From Nanobdellota archaeon (GTDB lineage: Archaea; Nanobdellota; Nanobdellia; SCGC-AAA011-G17; GW2011-AR17): 64,000 nt of DNA. Shown here piece by piece: positions 51,812 to 59,510 of this stretch; the first letter of the stretch is position 1; every line of letters starts with the position of its first letter. Both the position numbers and the translations under genes were made by a program. The DNA is taken from positions 14,495 to 78,494 of the forward strand of contig JAHJRD010000093.1 of NCBI GenBank assembly GCA_018830945.1. The letters run 5' to 3'. The notes below the pieces were generated by a model. The model was given only the letters and a program-made list of their open reading frames with translations. It had not been told where the DNA came from and ran no database searches.

Positions 51812-54079
51812 ATGAAGAAAAAAGCCCCTATGGCGCTGCTCTTTATTTTATCTATTCTGCTGTTTGCATTAAGCAGCCTTGCCATAACTGAAGAAGCGGG
51901 GCCTGCAGGATTCACTATGTATTACAATGATGCAGGAAACCTGCTTTTGGGGATCAACCCTGATGATTTAAATGCAGTGTTTGGAGCTGATTATTGGGAG
52001 GCTGCAAACGGGTTTCTTAATGTTTATTATGATGAACTGGGCGCAAGAAGAAATTTTGGGCAGCTTTCAGGGCTTGTTGTTGTTGACAGAGACAGGAAAG
52101 CCATCGAAGTCAGCAACGGGGCCTATAATGCACCAACAAGCCAATCCAACCCAATAAGAATTGAAGGTAAAGAGTTTGCATTTCAATTCCTTGCTCCTGA
52201 TCGCGGGACAATATTCAGCATAACCGGCGGGATTTACGTGCAGGGAAAATATTTTATTGGATGCATGCCAACAACCAGCAATGACCCTGAATGCGCAATG
52301 AAGGTTTTTGTTGTATCATATGATTCGCTTATGTCTATTGAAGGCAATGGGTTTATAACGCATTCTGACAACCGGGGCTTGTTCCTTAATGAGGGATATG
52401 AAGCATTAAAAGCATCCATTGAAGAAAAGAAAGCAGAGGGGGAGGATGTAAGCGAAGAGGATGTTTATCCCATAAGCAATATGCAAAGCGTGCAGATTCT
52501 TGATTCGGAAATATTTTCAATGATTGCAACGCCGAAAGAAAATGCGGTTTTGGGGGAATGGGCTATTGCGTCAGAAGAGGTTGTGCATATTTTTGCAGTA
52601 AAAATGGGGGAATTTGCATTTACCAGCGATGATTTATATGCTTCTGCAAATTCTGCACAGCCAGTGCCATCTATTTTAGCTAAAACAAAAACAAGGAACG
52701 CTAATGTGCTCATCGAAACCCCTGGCTATGACGCAACAATTGAGCTTGAAAGCGGCTTTATAATGGTTACAGGGGAAGAAGAAAAATATAACAGGTGCGA
52801 GCAGGGCATTGCGTGCTTTTTGTTTAAAGGAGATACATTAAGGATAAAGCCGCAGGCTTTCAGAGGCGAGGAATATGAGCCTTTATGGGTTACTGTGACA
52901 ATACCAGAAAGGATTACAAATGTTGAGCTAGATGCATTTGACACAGCCGGCTCTGAATCATGGATTAACCATGTCAAAATAAGGAGAGCAGGTGTGTCAG
53001 AGCTATTGGCTTTTTATAATGGTGAGATTATTGTCAGCCCAGGCGGCAACTGGTTCAACTTAAGAACTGATTTCAAGGCCCACATTGAGGGGCAAAGAGA
53101 GCTTTATGAAGGAGAATTATCATTCACTGAAACAGTTCGCTCAGGCTTTTATGATGTTTTTGAATGCACTTACCGCGACCAGAAATGCTATTTGAATGGC
53201 GTGCAGGTGCAGGGATTTACTGAGCAGCATGCTATTCATTTCTGCAAAAGAGATTCTGAGTGCGATGCAGAAAGGAGATGCATTAAGGAAGAGGGAAATA
53301 CAATCGGATTCTGCGTCAGAAGAGCAATATGCACTGACACAGCATATGCTTTCCCTTTAATGGAGATTCCAGGATTACCAGAAGCTGTAAAAAGGAACAT
53401 ACGTTCTGCTTCAAAGCTGGATATTGTTTTTATTGCTGATGAATATGGTTCAGAAACTGAATTTGACAGAGACTTAAAAAAGGCAGTAGACAGCGGCCTG
53501 TTTGCTGTTTCGCCTTTTAAGGAGAATGTTCAGAAGTTTCTGATATACAAGATGAACGGCGGGTCAATGCCATTTCTCATTACCAATATAGGATTGTCTT
53601 TTTTATATGAAGCAAGAGAAATGAAAAAGCAGTGTGCAGGCGCAGAATATGCAATTGTAATTTCAAAGAAAAATTTTGGTTCATTTGAAACGGACGGATT
53701 TGTATCAATATCACAAAGAGATTTATATAATGAAAAAGAAGGCGGGGCGTTGGTTGTTCCGCACGAGTTCGGGCACGCCTTTGGAAATCTGTATGATGAG
53801 TATTATCTCTATGACAGCACTGATCCTTCCTGCCTGACAGGCTTCCCTAACTGCCTTGAATATGATGATGCAAAAACCTCGTGGGGGGAGGATTTGGCTA
53901 ACCAGGCAAGAAGAAACGTATGGAAAGGATGCGGTGGATACTGCAATGACCGCAGCTATGCAGAATACCTGAAGCCTGCCGCAAACTCAATAATGGGTAT
54001 CTTAAGCAAGCCAGGTCATACTGAATTCAGCCCGCCTGGAAAGCAGTGGCTGGCAAACTTGCTTTTGCGATATACATGA
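51812..54079 (+). CDS. secreted HExxHxFGxLxDEY zincin (peptidase M64-like motif)
   Basis: Signal peptide MKKKAPMALLFILSILLFALSSLA, and HEFGHAFGNLYDEYY near the C-terminus. Confidence 0.55.
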   Translation: MKKKAPMALLFILSILLFALSSLAITEEAGPAGFTMYYNDAGNLLLGINPDDLNAVFGADYWEAANGFLNVYYDELGARRNFGQLSGLVVVDRDRKAIEVSNGAYNAPTSQSNPIRIEGKEFAFQFLAPDRGTIFSITGGIYVQGKYFIGCMPTTSNDPECAMKVFVVSYDSLMSIEGNGFITHSDNRGLFLNEGYEALKASIEEKKAEGEDVSEEDVYPISNMQSVQILDSEIFSMIATPKENAVLGEWAIASEEVVHIFAVKMGEFAFTSDDLYASANSAQPVPSILAKTKTRNANVLIETPGYDATIELESGFIMVTGEEEKYNRCEQGIACFLFKGDTLRIKPQAFRGEEYEPLWVTVTIPERITNVELDAFDTAGSESWINHVKIRRAGVSELLAFYNGEIIVSPGGNWFNLRTDFKAHIEGQRELYEGELSFTETVRSGFYDVFECTYRDQKCYLNGVQVQGFTEQHAIHFCKRDSECDAERRCIKEEGNTIGFCVRRAICTDTAYAFPLMEIPGLPEAVKRNIRSASKLDIVFIADEYGSETEFDRDLKKAVDSGLFAVSPFKENVQKFLIYKMNGGSMPFLITNIGLSFLYEAREMKKQCAGAEYAIVISKKNFGSFETDGFVSISQRDLYNEKEGGALVVPHEFGHAFGNLYDEYYLYDSTDPSCLTGFPNCLEYDDAKTSWGEDLANQARRNVWKGCGGYCNDRSYAEYLKPAANSIMGILSKPGHTEFSPPGKQWLANLLLRYT

Positions 54080-54209
54080 ACAGCCCGAAACCTTTAGCCA
54101 CTCTTGTTCCTGACCTCACGCAAAGCGTAAGGTTTATAAATAACCCCAGTCTACCATTATCCAATCGAAAACCCGTCAGACTCCACCATTGGGTGCAGAA
54201 GGGGATATT

Positions 54210-54872
54210 ATGGACAAGAAAACAATATTATCCGCAATAGAAGCATTACGCAAAGAAAGCCCTAAGCGCGGCTTTAACCAAAGCGTTGACATGATTCTTA
54301 ACTTAAAAGGGCTTAACCTTAAAGATCCTACACACAAGGTAGAGGTTTTTCTGCCACTGCCCCACCCGCGAAGCAGGAAAGTGGAGGTATGCGCAATTGT
54401 TGATGATTCTTTAGTGCTTGAGGCAAAAAAGGCCTGCGATGTTGTAATAGCATTGGACAGGCTGCAGGAAGAGGCAAAGAAAAAGAGAGAAATGAAAAAG
54501 CTTGCAAGAAGGATGGAGTTTTTCATTACCCAGCCCCACCTTATGAAAGAGGTTGCAGGAGCATTAGGTAAGATTCTCGGAGTAAAAGGCAAGATGCCAA
54601 ACCCAAAGTCAGGCTGCATCATACCGCCAAAAGCTCCTTTAGCGCCGATTGTTGAGAGACTAAGAAAAACAGTAAGGCTGATAACAAAGAATGACGCAAT
54701 CATAAAATGCTCTGTCGGCGATGAAAACATGAAAGATGATGCGCTGGCAGACAACATAAGCGCTGTTTACAATGCAGTTCTTAATGCGCTTCCGCAAAAG
54801 GAGAACAACCTTAAGTCAGTGCTGCTCAAGCTTACAATGAGCGCTCCTGTCAAAGTGAGGGATAAGCAATGA
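54210..54872 (+). CDS. rpl1: ribosomal protein uL1
   Basis: Typical archaeal L1 length and sequence (NQSVDMILNLKG..., KVEVCAIVDD). Start at the internal ATG (MDKKTIL). Confidence 0.85.
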   Translation: MDKKTILSAIEALRKESPKRGFNQSVDMILNLKGLNLKDPTHKVEVFLPLPHPRSRKVEVCAIVDDSLVLEAKKACDVVIALDRLQEEAKKKREMKKLARRMEFFITQPHLMKEVAGALGKILGVKGKMPNPKSGCIIPPKAPLAPIVERLRKTVRLITKNDAIIKCSVGDENMKDDALADNISAVYNAVLNALPQKENNLKSVLLKLTMSAPVKVRDKQ

Positions 54873-55738
54873 CAGCTGAAAAAAAGCACAAGGCTCATAT
54901 TGCTGATGACAAGAAAACAGAAGTCAAGGAGCTTGTAAAGCTTTTGAAAGAATATCCAATCATAGGCATTGTTGACCTTGAGAACCTGCCTTCTGCGCAG
55001 TTCCAGAAAATTAAGAAACAGTTAAGCAGCATGATGCTCGTAAGGATGAGCAAGCTAAGGCTTATCAAAATCGCATTTGAGCAGGTCAAGGATAACTTTC
55101 CAGGCATAGAAGAATTGTCTGCCAAGATAAAAGGCATGCCTGCAGTCATATTCACAAAGGAAAATCCGTTCAGGCTTGCAAAAGCAATGAACAAGAGCAA
55201 GTCAACAGTGCCAATCAAGGCAGGCCAGAAAGCCCCTTATGATTTAATCATACCAGCAGGCCCTACTCCTTTTGCGCCAGGCCCTATCTTAAGCGAGCTT
55301 GGGGCAGCAGGAATCAAGGCAGGCATTGAAGGCGGCAAGGTTGCTGTCAAGGCAGAAAAGGTTGTTGCAAAGGAAGGAGTCCTTGTTGACAATAAAACAG
55401 CAGGCCTGCTTGCAAAATTCGGCATTGAGCCCATGGAAATAGGGCTGAACCTTGTTGCAGTGCTTGAAAACGGAATTGTGCTGACAAATAAAGTGCTGTT
55501 CATTGATGAAGCAAAGACAAAGGCAGACATTGCGCAGCTTGCTGCAGAAGCAATGAACCTTGCTGTCTACATCGCATATCCCTCAGAAGGGACAATTAAG
55601 CTGCTTGTTGCAAAAGCCCACAGGGAAGCAAGGGCAATTGCATCTTCACAGGACATACTCACAGATGACAACTTAAAGGAGATTCTTGCCAAGGCAGAGT
55701 CCCAGGCATCGTCTGTGAAAAGCAAAGCAGGATTATAA
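54869..55738 (+). CDS. rplP0: ribosomal protein uL10 (acidic P0)
   Basis: ATGA-coupled to L1. [23 protein letters not shown] is characteristic of archaeal P0. Confidence 0.85.
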   Translation: MTAEKKHKAHIADDKKTEVKELVKLLKEYPIIGIVDLENLPSAQFQKIKKQLSSMMLVRMSKLRLIKIAFEQVKDNFPGIEELSAKIKGMPAVIFTKENPFRLAKAMNKSKSTVPIKAGQKAPYDLIIPAGPTPFAPGPILSELGAAGIKAGIEGGKVAVKAEKVVAKEGVLVDNKTAGLLAKFGIEPMEIGLNLVAVLENGIVLTNKVLFIDEAKTKADIAQLAAEAMNLAVYIAYPSEGTIKLLVAKAHREARAIASSQDILTDDNLKEILAKAESQASSVKSKAGL

Positions 55739-55799
55739 AGTATTGGAGGTATCGGAACTGATGTTCCGGACCTCCCGGAAAACTAGGGAGGAGCTAAAA

Positions 55800-56096
55800 A
55801 TGGAGTACATATACGCAGGAATGTTGCTGCACAGGGCAGGCAAGCCAGTCACTGAAGAAGCAGTGAAAAAGGTTTTGGAAGCTGCAGGAGTCAAAGTTGA
55901 CGATGGCAGGGTAAAGGCGCTTGTCGCAGCTCTTGAGGGAGTTGACATTGACGCAGCCATAAAGGAAGCAGCTGTGTCAGCAGCGCCAGTAGCAGCAGCG
56001 CCGGCAGCAGAAGCAAAGAAGGAAGAAAAGAAGCCAGAAGAGAAAAAGGTTTCAGAAGAGCAGGCTGCGGCAGGGCTCGGAGCATTATTCGGATAA
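55800..56096 (+). CDS. rpl12: ribosomal stalk protein P1 (L12)
   Basis: [30 protein letters not shown]..., an Ala/Pro hinge, and C-terminal GLGALFG. Confidence 0.8.
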   Translation: MEYIYAGMLLHRAGKPVTEEAVKKVLEAAGVKVDDGRVKALVAALEGVDIDAAIKEAAVSAAPVAAAPAAEAKKEEKKPEEKKVSEEQAAAGLGALFG

Positions 56097-56183
56097 AATA
56101 GCTTATGATTAGCAAGCGGTTTGCGGCTTTACGCCGCGAACTTGCTTTCTATCAAGGCTATTAAAAACGAGGTACGCTGCTTA

Positions 56184-57068
56184 ATGGCAGAAAAAACGCT
56201 AAACAAGGAAGAGCTTAAATCCAGCATAAGAGAGCTAAGGGAAAAGCTTAATGACTTAAACCAGAAGAAAGAAGAATGGTTTAAGAAGAAGGAAGAGCTG
56301 AAAGCCCAGATTGGGCAGACTATTTCTAAGATTAAGGAAGCAAAAGGACAGAACGACACCCTTAACAAGGACATTTCCGGGTTTAAGAAAAACAGGGATG
56401 AATTTAATACAAAAGTAAAAGAGCTTATTGCAAGGATTAAAGAGCTTAACAAGCAGAAGGAAGACATGCTTGCCAAGGCAAAGTTCCAGGGAAACCCTGC
56501 TGAACTCAAGTTAAGGATGGACAGGCTTGAGGAATCGCTTGAAACACAGGCATATTCTTTTGACAAAGAGAAAAAAATCATGAAGGAGATTAATGGCTTG
56601 AAAAAGCAGTATGATTCAGTTAAGGGTGTTGATGGAATCTTTAAGGAAATAAATGATGTGTCAAGGCAGATAACAGATGCTAAAAAGAAAGGTGATGAGT
56701 TTCATAAAAAATTGCGTGATAATACATCCTCAAACAGGGAAAGCTATGAGCAGTTCATGAAGCTTTCAAAGGACATTGCCAAGTTAAAGAAAACCCAGGA
56801 AGAGGCTTTTAACACATTTATTAAATTTAAACAGGAATACGCAGATGTCAGCAGGGAGCTAAAGGAAAAGCTTGAGGCAATGAGCGGCGTGCATGAGACA
56901 GAGGGCAATGAGCGAAAGGAGCATAGGCGCGATAAAAAAGCAGAGATGTCAAGGCAGCTCAAGAAGAAAGCGCAGGAAGTTGAGGAAAAGTTCAAGAAGA
57001 GCAGGGTTCTTACAACAGAAGACTTGATTACACTGCAGGGCGAGATAGAGGATACTGAGGAGTTCTAA
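56184..57068 (+). CDS. archaeal coiled-coil protein
   Basis: Almost entirely K/E heptad sequence. Start at MAEKTL with GAGGT upstream. Confidence 0.4.
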   Translation: MAEKTLNKEELKSSIRELREKLNDLNQKKEEWFKKKEELKAQIGQTISKIKEAKGQNDTLNKDISGFKKNRDEFNTKVKELIARIKELNKQKEDMLAKAKFQGNPAELKLRMDRLEESLETQAYSFDKEKKIMKEINGLKKQYDSVKGVDGIFKEINDVSRQITDAKKKGDEFHKKLRDNTSSNRESYEQFMKLSKDIAKLKKTQEEAFNTFIKFKQEYADVSRELKEKLEAMSGVHETEGNERKEHRRDKKAEMSRQLKKKAQEVEEKFKKSRVLTTEDLITLQGEIEDTEEF

Positions 57069-57094
57069 GATTGTCTAGCATAAAAAAAGGCGGC

Positions 57095-57109
57095 AAGGGG
57101 ACACCCCTT
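57095..57109. terminator. palindrome AAGGGGACACCCCTT
   Basis: Perfect 6-bp stem just after a plus-strand stop codon. The same GGGG-ACA-CCCC core recurs at ~58969. Confidence 0.35.
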
Positions 57110-57175
57110 GAAACCCCACGTTGATGCATATCTTTAACAGCAACATTTAAGAATACATTATTCATTACAAGCATC

Positions 57176-58072
57176 ATGGATAAATTGGATAATTTTTTGC
57201 AGACATTAAAGCAATTGCCTGAGGATGAACAAAAAATCATTCAATCCAAAAATATTGAAGAATTGGATGCTGCAGAAAGGGAACACCAAGAATTTCAAAA
57301 CTCATTTGTTCGGGGTAATTGTTATCTATGCCATTTGCCTCTTACAGCTTTTGACATTTCTAAATCTTGTTTACATTGGCTACTTAACCCAGAAGGATTT
57401 AAAAAGAGATATTTTGAGTTTATTTATGCGCATTATAGCTATTTTCAGATAGAATCATATCTTCGATGGGTTGCCAATCAAGAAATACCACTCCAAAATA
57501 TAAATGCTTTATCACAAGAAGACACTAAAAACAAGCCCATTGAATTAACAATATGCTATAAGTCTCTTGAATGGTCATTCTCTTGTTCAGAGTCTGATTT
57601 GCAAGGTCATAAGGCATCTAGATATGGGCAGTTTTCGCACTATCATTTTCAAATGAGAATAGCAGAAAAACCATTTATTAATTATACTGATTTTCATATA
57701 CCTTTCACAGAGGGGGATCTTTTCAAACTAGGAATTATCCGCAAGAATTACCCTGCACTGCGGCATGTATTCCCTTTTGGTGATGGTATGAAAGAAGCTC
57801 TTAATGCGGAACCGGATAAATTATTAGAAAATATGCAGCTTACAACAGATGAGAATAAATCCTCTTTTCATCTTCAAACTGTAGTTACTACAGAACCGGG
57901 TAAACCTATATCTATTGATAAAATTGAAGCAATGATAAAAGAAAGTCAAAAGACGAGAAAGCCTCTTGCTGCATTAGCACATAAGTACATTAATGACGCT
58001 TCCGTTAAGGTAATGATTTCTCCAGGAGAAAGTGTACCTGAAATTGCAAAAAGAACCATTAGGCATCGTTAA
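57176..58072 (+). CDS. hypothetical protein in low-GC islet
   Basis: Noticeably more AT-rich than its flanks. Contains a CYLCH..C..H motif. Confidence 0.45.
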   Translation: MDKLDNFLQTLKQLPEDEQKIIQSKNIEELDAAEREHQEFQNSFVRGNCYLCHLPLTAFDISKSCLHWLLNPEGFKKRYFEFIYAHYSYFQIESYLRWVANQEIPLQNINALSQEDTKNKPIELTICYKSLEWSFSCSESDLQGHKASRYGQFSHYHFQMRIAEKPFINYTDFHIPFTEGDLFKLGIIRKNYPALRHVFPFGDGMKEALNAEPDKLLENMQLTTDENKSSFHLQTVVTTEPGKPISIDKIEAMIKESQKTRKPLAALAHKYINDASVKVMISPGESVPEIAKRTIRHR

Positions 58073-58091
58073 TACTTATTCTTATCTTATT

Positions 58092-58925
58092 TTAGGGACA
58101 CTCGGGTCCGACACATATCTTACAATGTGCACAATTAGCAGTATGTGAATTAAACCAATCATTTGTGCTAGAATCTCCGTCATCACACTTAGGAATATGT
58201 TCACAAGTTTGATTCTCTGCATCATATCTATCATAGGTTGTAATATCGCCATCGTCACATGTTGAAGGACAATCTGTATTTATTTCTCCAGGATTCTTAT
58301 TTGGGAAATTACATTCCCCTACACCAGCGCTACCCGCACTTACTGAAGAACCTCCACAGATTAATTCTCCGGTTGAAGGAATTTCTATAGAACTATATTC
58401 TGTTGGCATGCCCTGATTTAAATCCAAACAGTCTGCTTCGTTGTCATCACAATATCCATCATTTTGACAGGGTTTTATTGGGCGATTAGAACATGAAAAT
58501 TCTAAGCCCTCTATCATTTCCTGTCCGCCCCATCCTTCACAGTTATCAGAAGTACAAATGTTATTATCATTACATGAGATAAAGGTGCCATCTTTACATG
58601 TAGATGTTTTATTTAAACAATTATTTTGTACTGGCTCATGAGTACATTTATAGTCTGTTTTTTTTGAGCATATATCTTGTGTGCAAGGATCACCATCATC
58701 TTCACATGTTTGATTGCAAGTGCCACACTTAATCGGACAACAATAGGATTCTATCACATCTAAGTAAGGAACCGCACAATCGTCGGGAGCTGAACACAAA
58801 TATCCGTTAAATGCTGAGCACCTATTTTCTTTTACCATCTCTCTTGCTCGTGCTTCCTGTTCAGGTGTGCAGCCGACTACTGCAAGAAGTAAAATACCTA
58901 AGATTATTGCGATATATGCTTTCAT
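58092..58925 (-). CDS. Cys-rich repeat lipoprotein (bacterial-type lipobox LLAVVGC)
   Basis: Start at MKAYIAIILGILLLAVVGC. Repeated D-x-C-T-x-D-x-C ... C-x-H units (DGDPCTQDICS, DNNICTSDNCEG, etc.). Confidence 0.5.
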   Translation of the reverse strand: MKAYIAIILGILLLAVVGCTPEQEARAREMVKENRCSAFNGYLCSAPDDCAVPYLDVIESYCCPIKCGTCNQTCEDDGDPCTQDICSKKTDYKCTHEPVQNNCLNKTSTCKDGTFISCNDNNICTSDNCEGWGGQEMIEGLEFSCSNRPIKPCQNDGYCDDNEADCLDLNQGMPTEYSSIEIPSTGELICGGSSVSAGSAGVGECNFPNKNPGEINTDCPSTCDDGDITTYDRYDAENQTCEHIPKCDDGDSSTNDWFNSHTANCAHCKICVGPECP

Positions 58926-58968
58926 ATAGCTTCTAAGAGGGTATTGGATTATAAGCTTTTCGTGGGGT

Positions 58969-58984
58969 TTGGGGTACACCCCAA
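58969..58984. terminator. palindrome TTGGGGTACACCCCAA
   Basis: Lies ~18 nt downstream of the lspA stop on the minus strand. Same core as ~57095. Confidence 0.35.
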
Positions 58985-59000
58985 CTGCCTTCTTTGCTGC

Positions 59001-59417
59001 TTACTTTCCCTTAACAAGCGCATACACAATCAAAGCAGCGCCAACCACATTAAAAGAATCAGCGAGATTAAAGTTAGGCCATATCCATACTGCAATAAAA
59101 TCCCTTACATAGCCGTAGAATATCCTGTCTATTAAGTTTCCAAAAGTGCCTGCAAGGATTAAAGTGAAAGCCGCCTTTATTAATTTGTTTTTTTCTCTTG
59201 CATAGAAATAAGCCACCCCTATCAAAACAATTACGCTTAAAGCTATGAAAAGCCAGCCAAAGCCCTGCATTATCCCGAATGCAGCTCCCCTGTTTTCAGC
59301 GTATTGAACGCCTATAGAACCTAACATGTATATTTTCCCTGTAAATAAAAGCTTTGAAACCTGGTCAAGAATGATTAATGCAATAACCACAAATACAGCT
59401 TTAATGGCTTTTTTCAT
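59001..59417 (-). CDS. lspA: lipoprotein signal peptidase (signal peptidase II)
   Basis: Four TM helices with the LspA boxes ENRGAAFG, GNLIDR and FNLADS. Confidence 0.75.
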   Translation of the reverse strand: MKKAIKAVFVVIALIILDQVSKLLFTGKIYMLGSIGVQYAENRGAAFGIMQGFGWLFIALSVIVLIGVAYFYAREKNKLIKAAFTLILAGTFGNLIDRIFYGYVRDFIAVWIWPNFNLADSFNVVGAALIVYALVKGK

Positions 59418-59510
59418 GATAAAATAAAGCATAAAGATACTTAAATAACTTATCAGGCAAAAGCCATAGTTGCCAATACATTTTTATATCCAGAAATCCC
59501 TTTTAAACAT

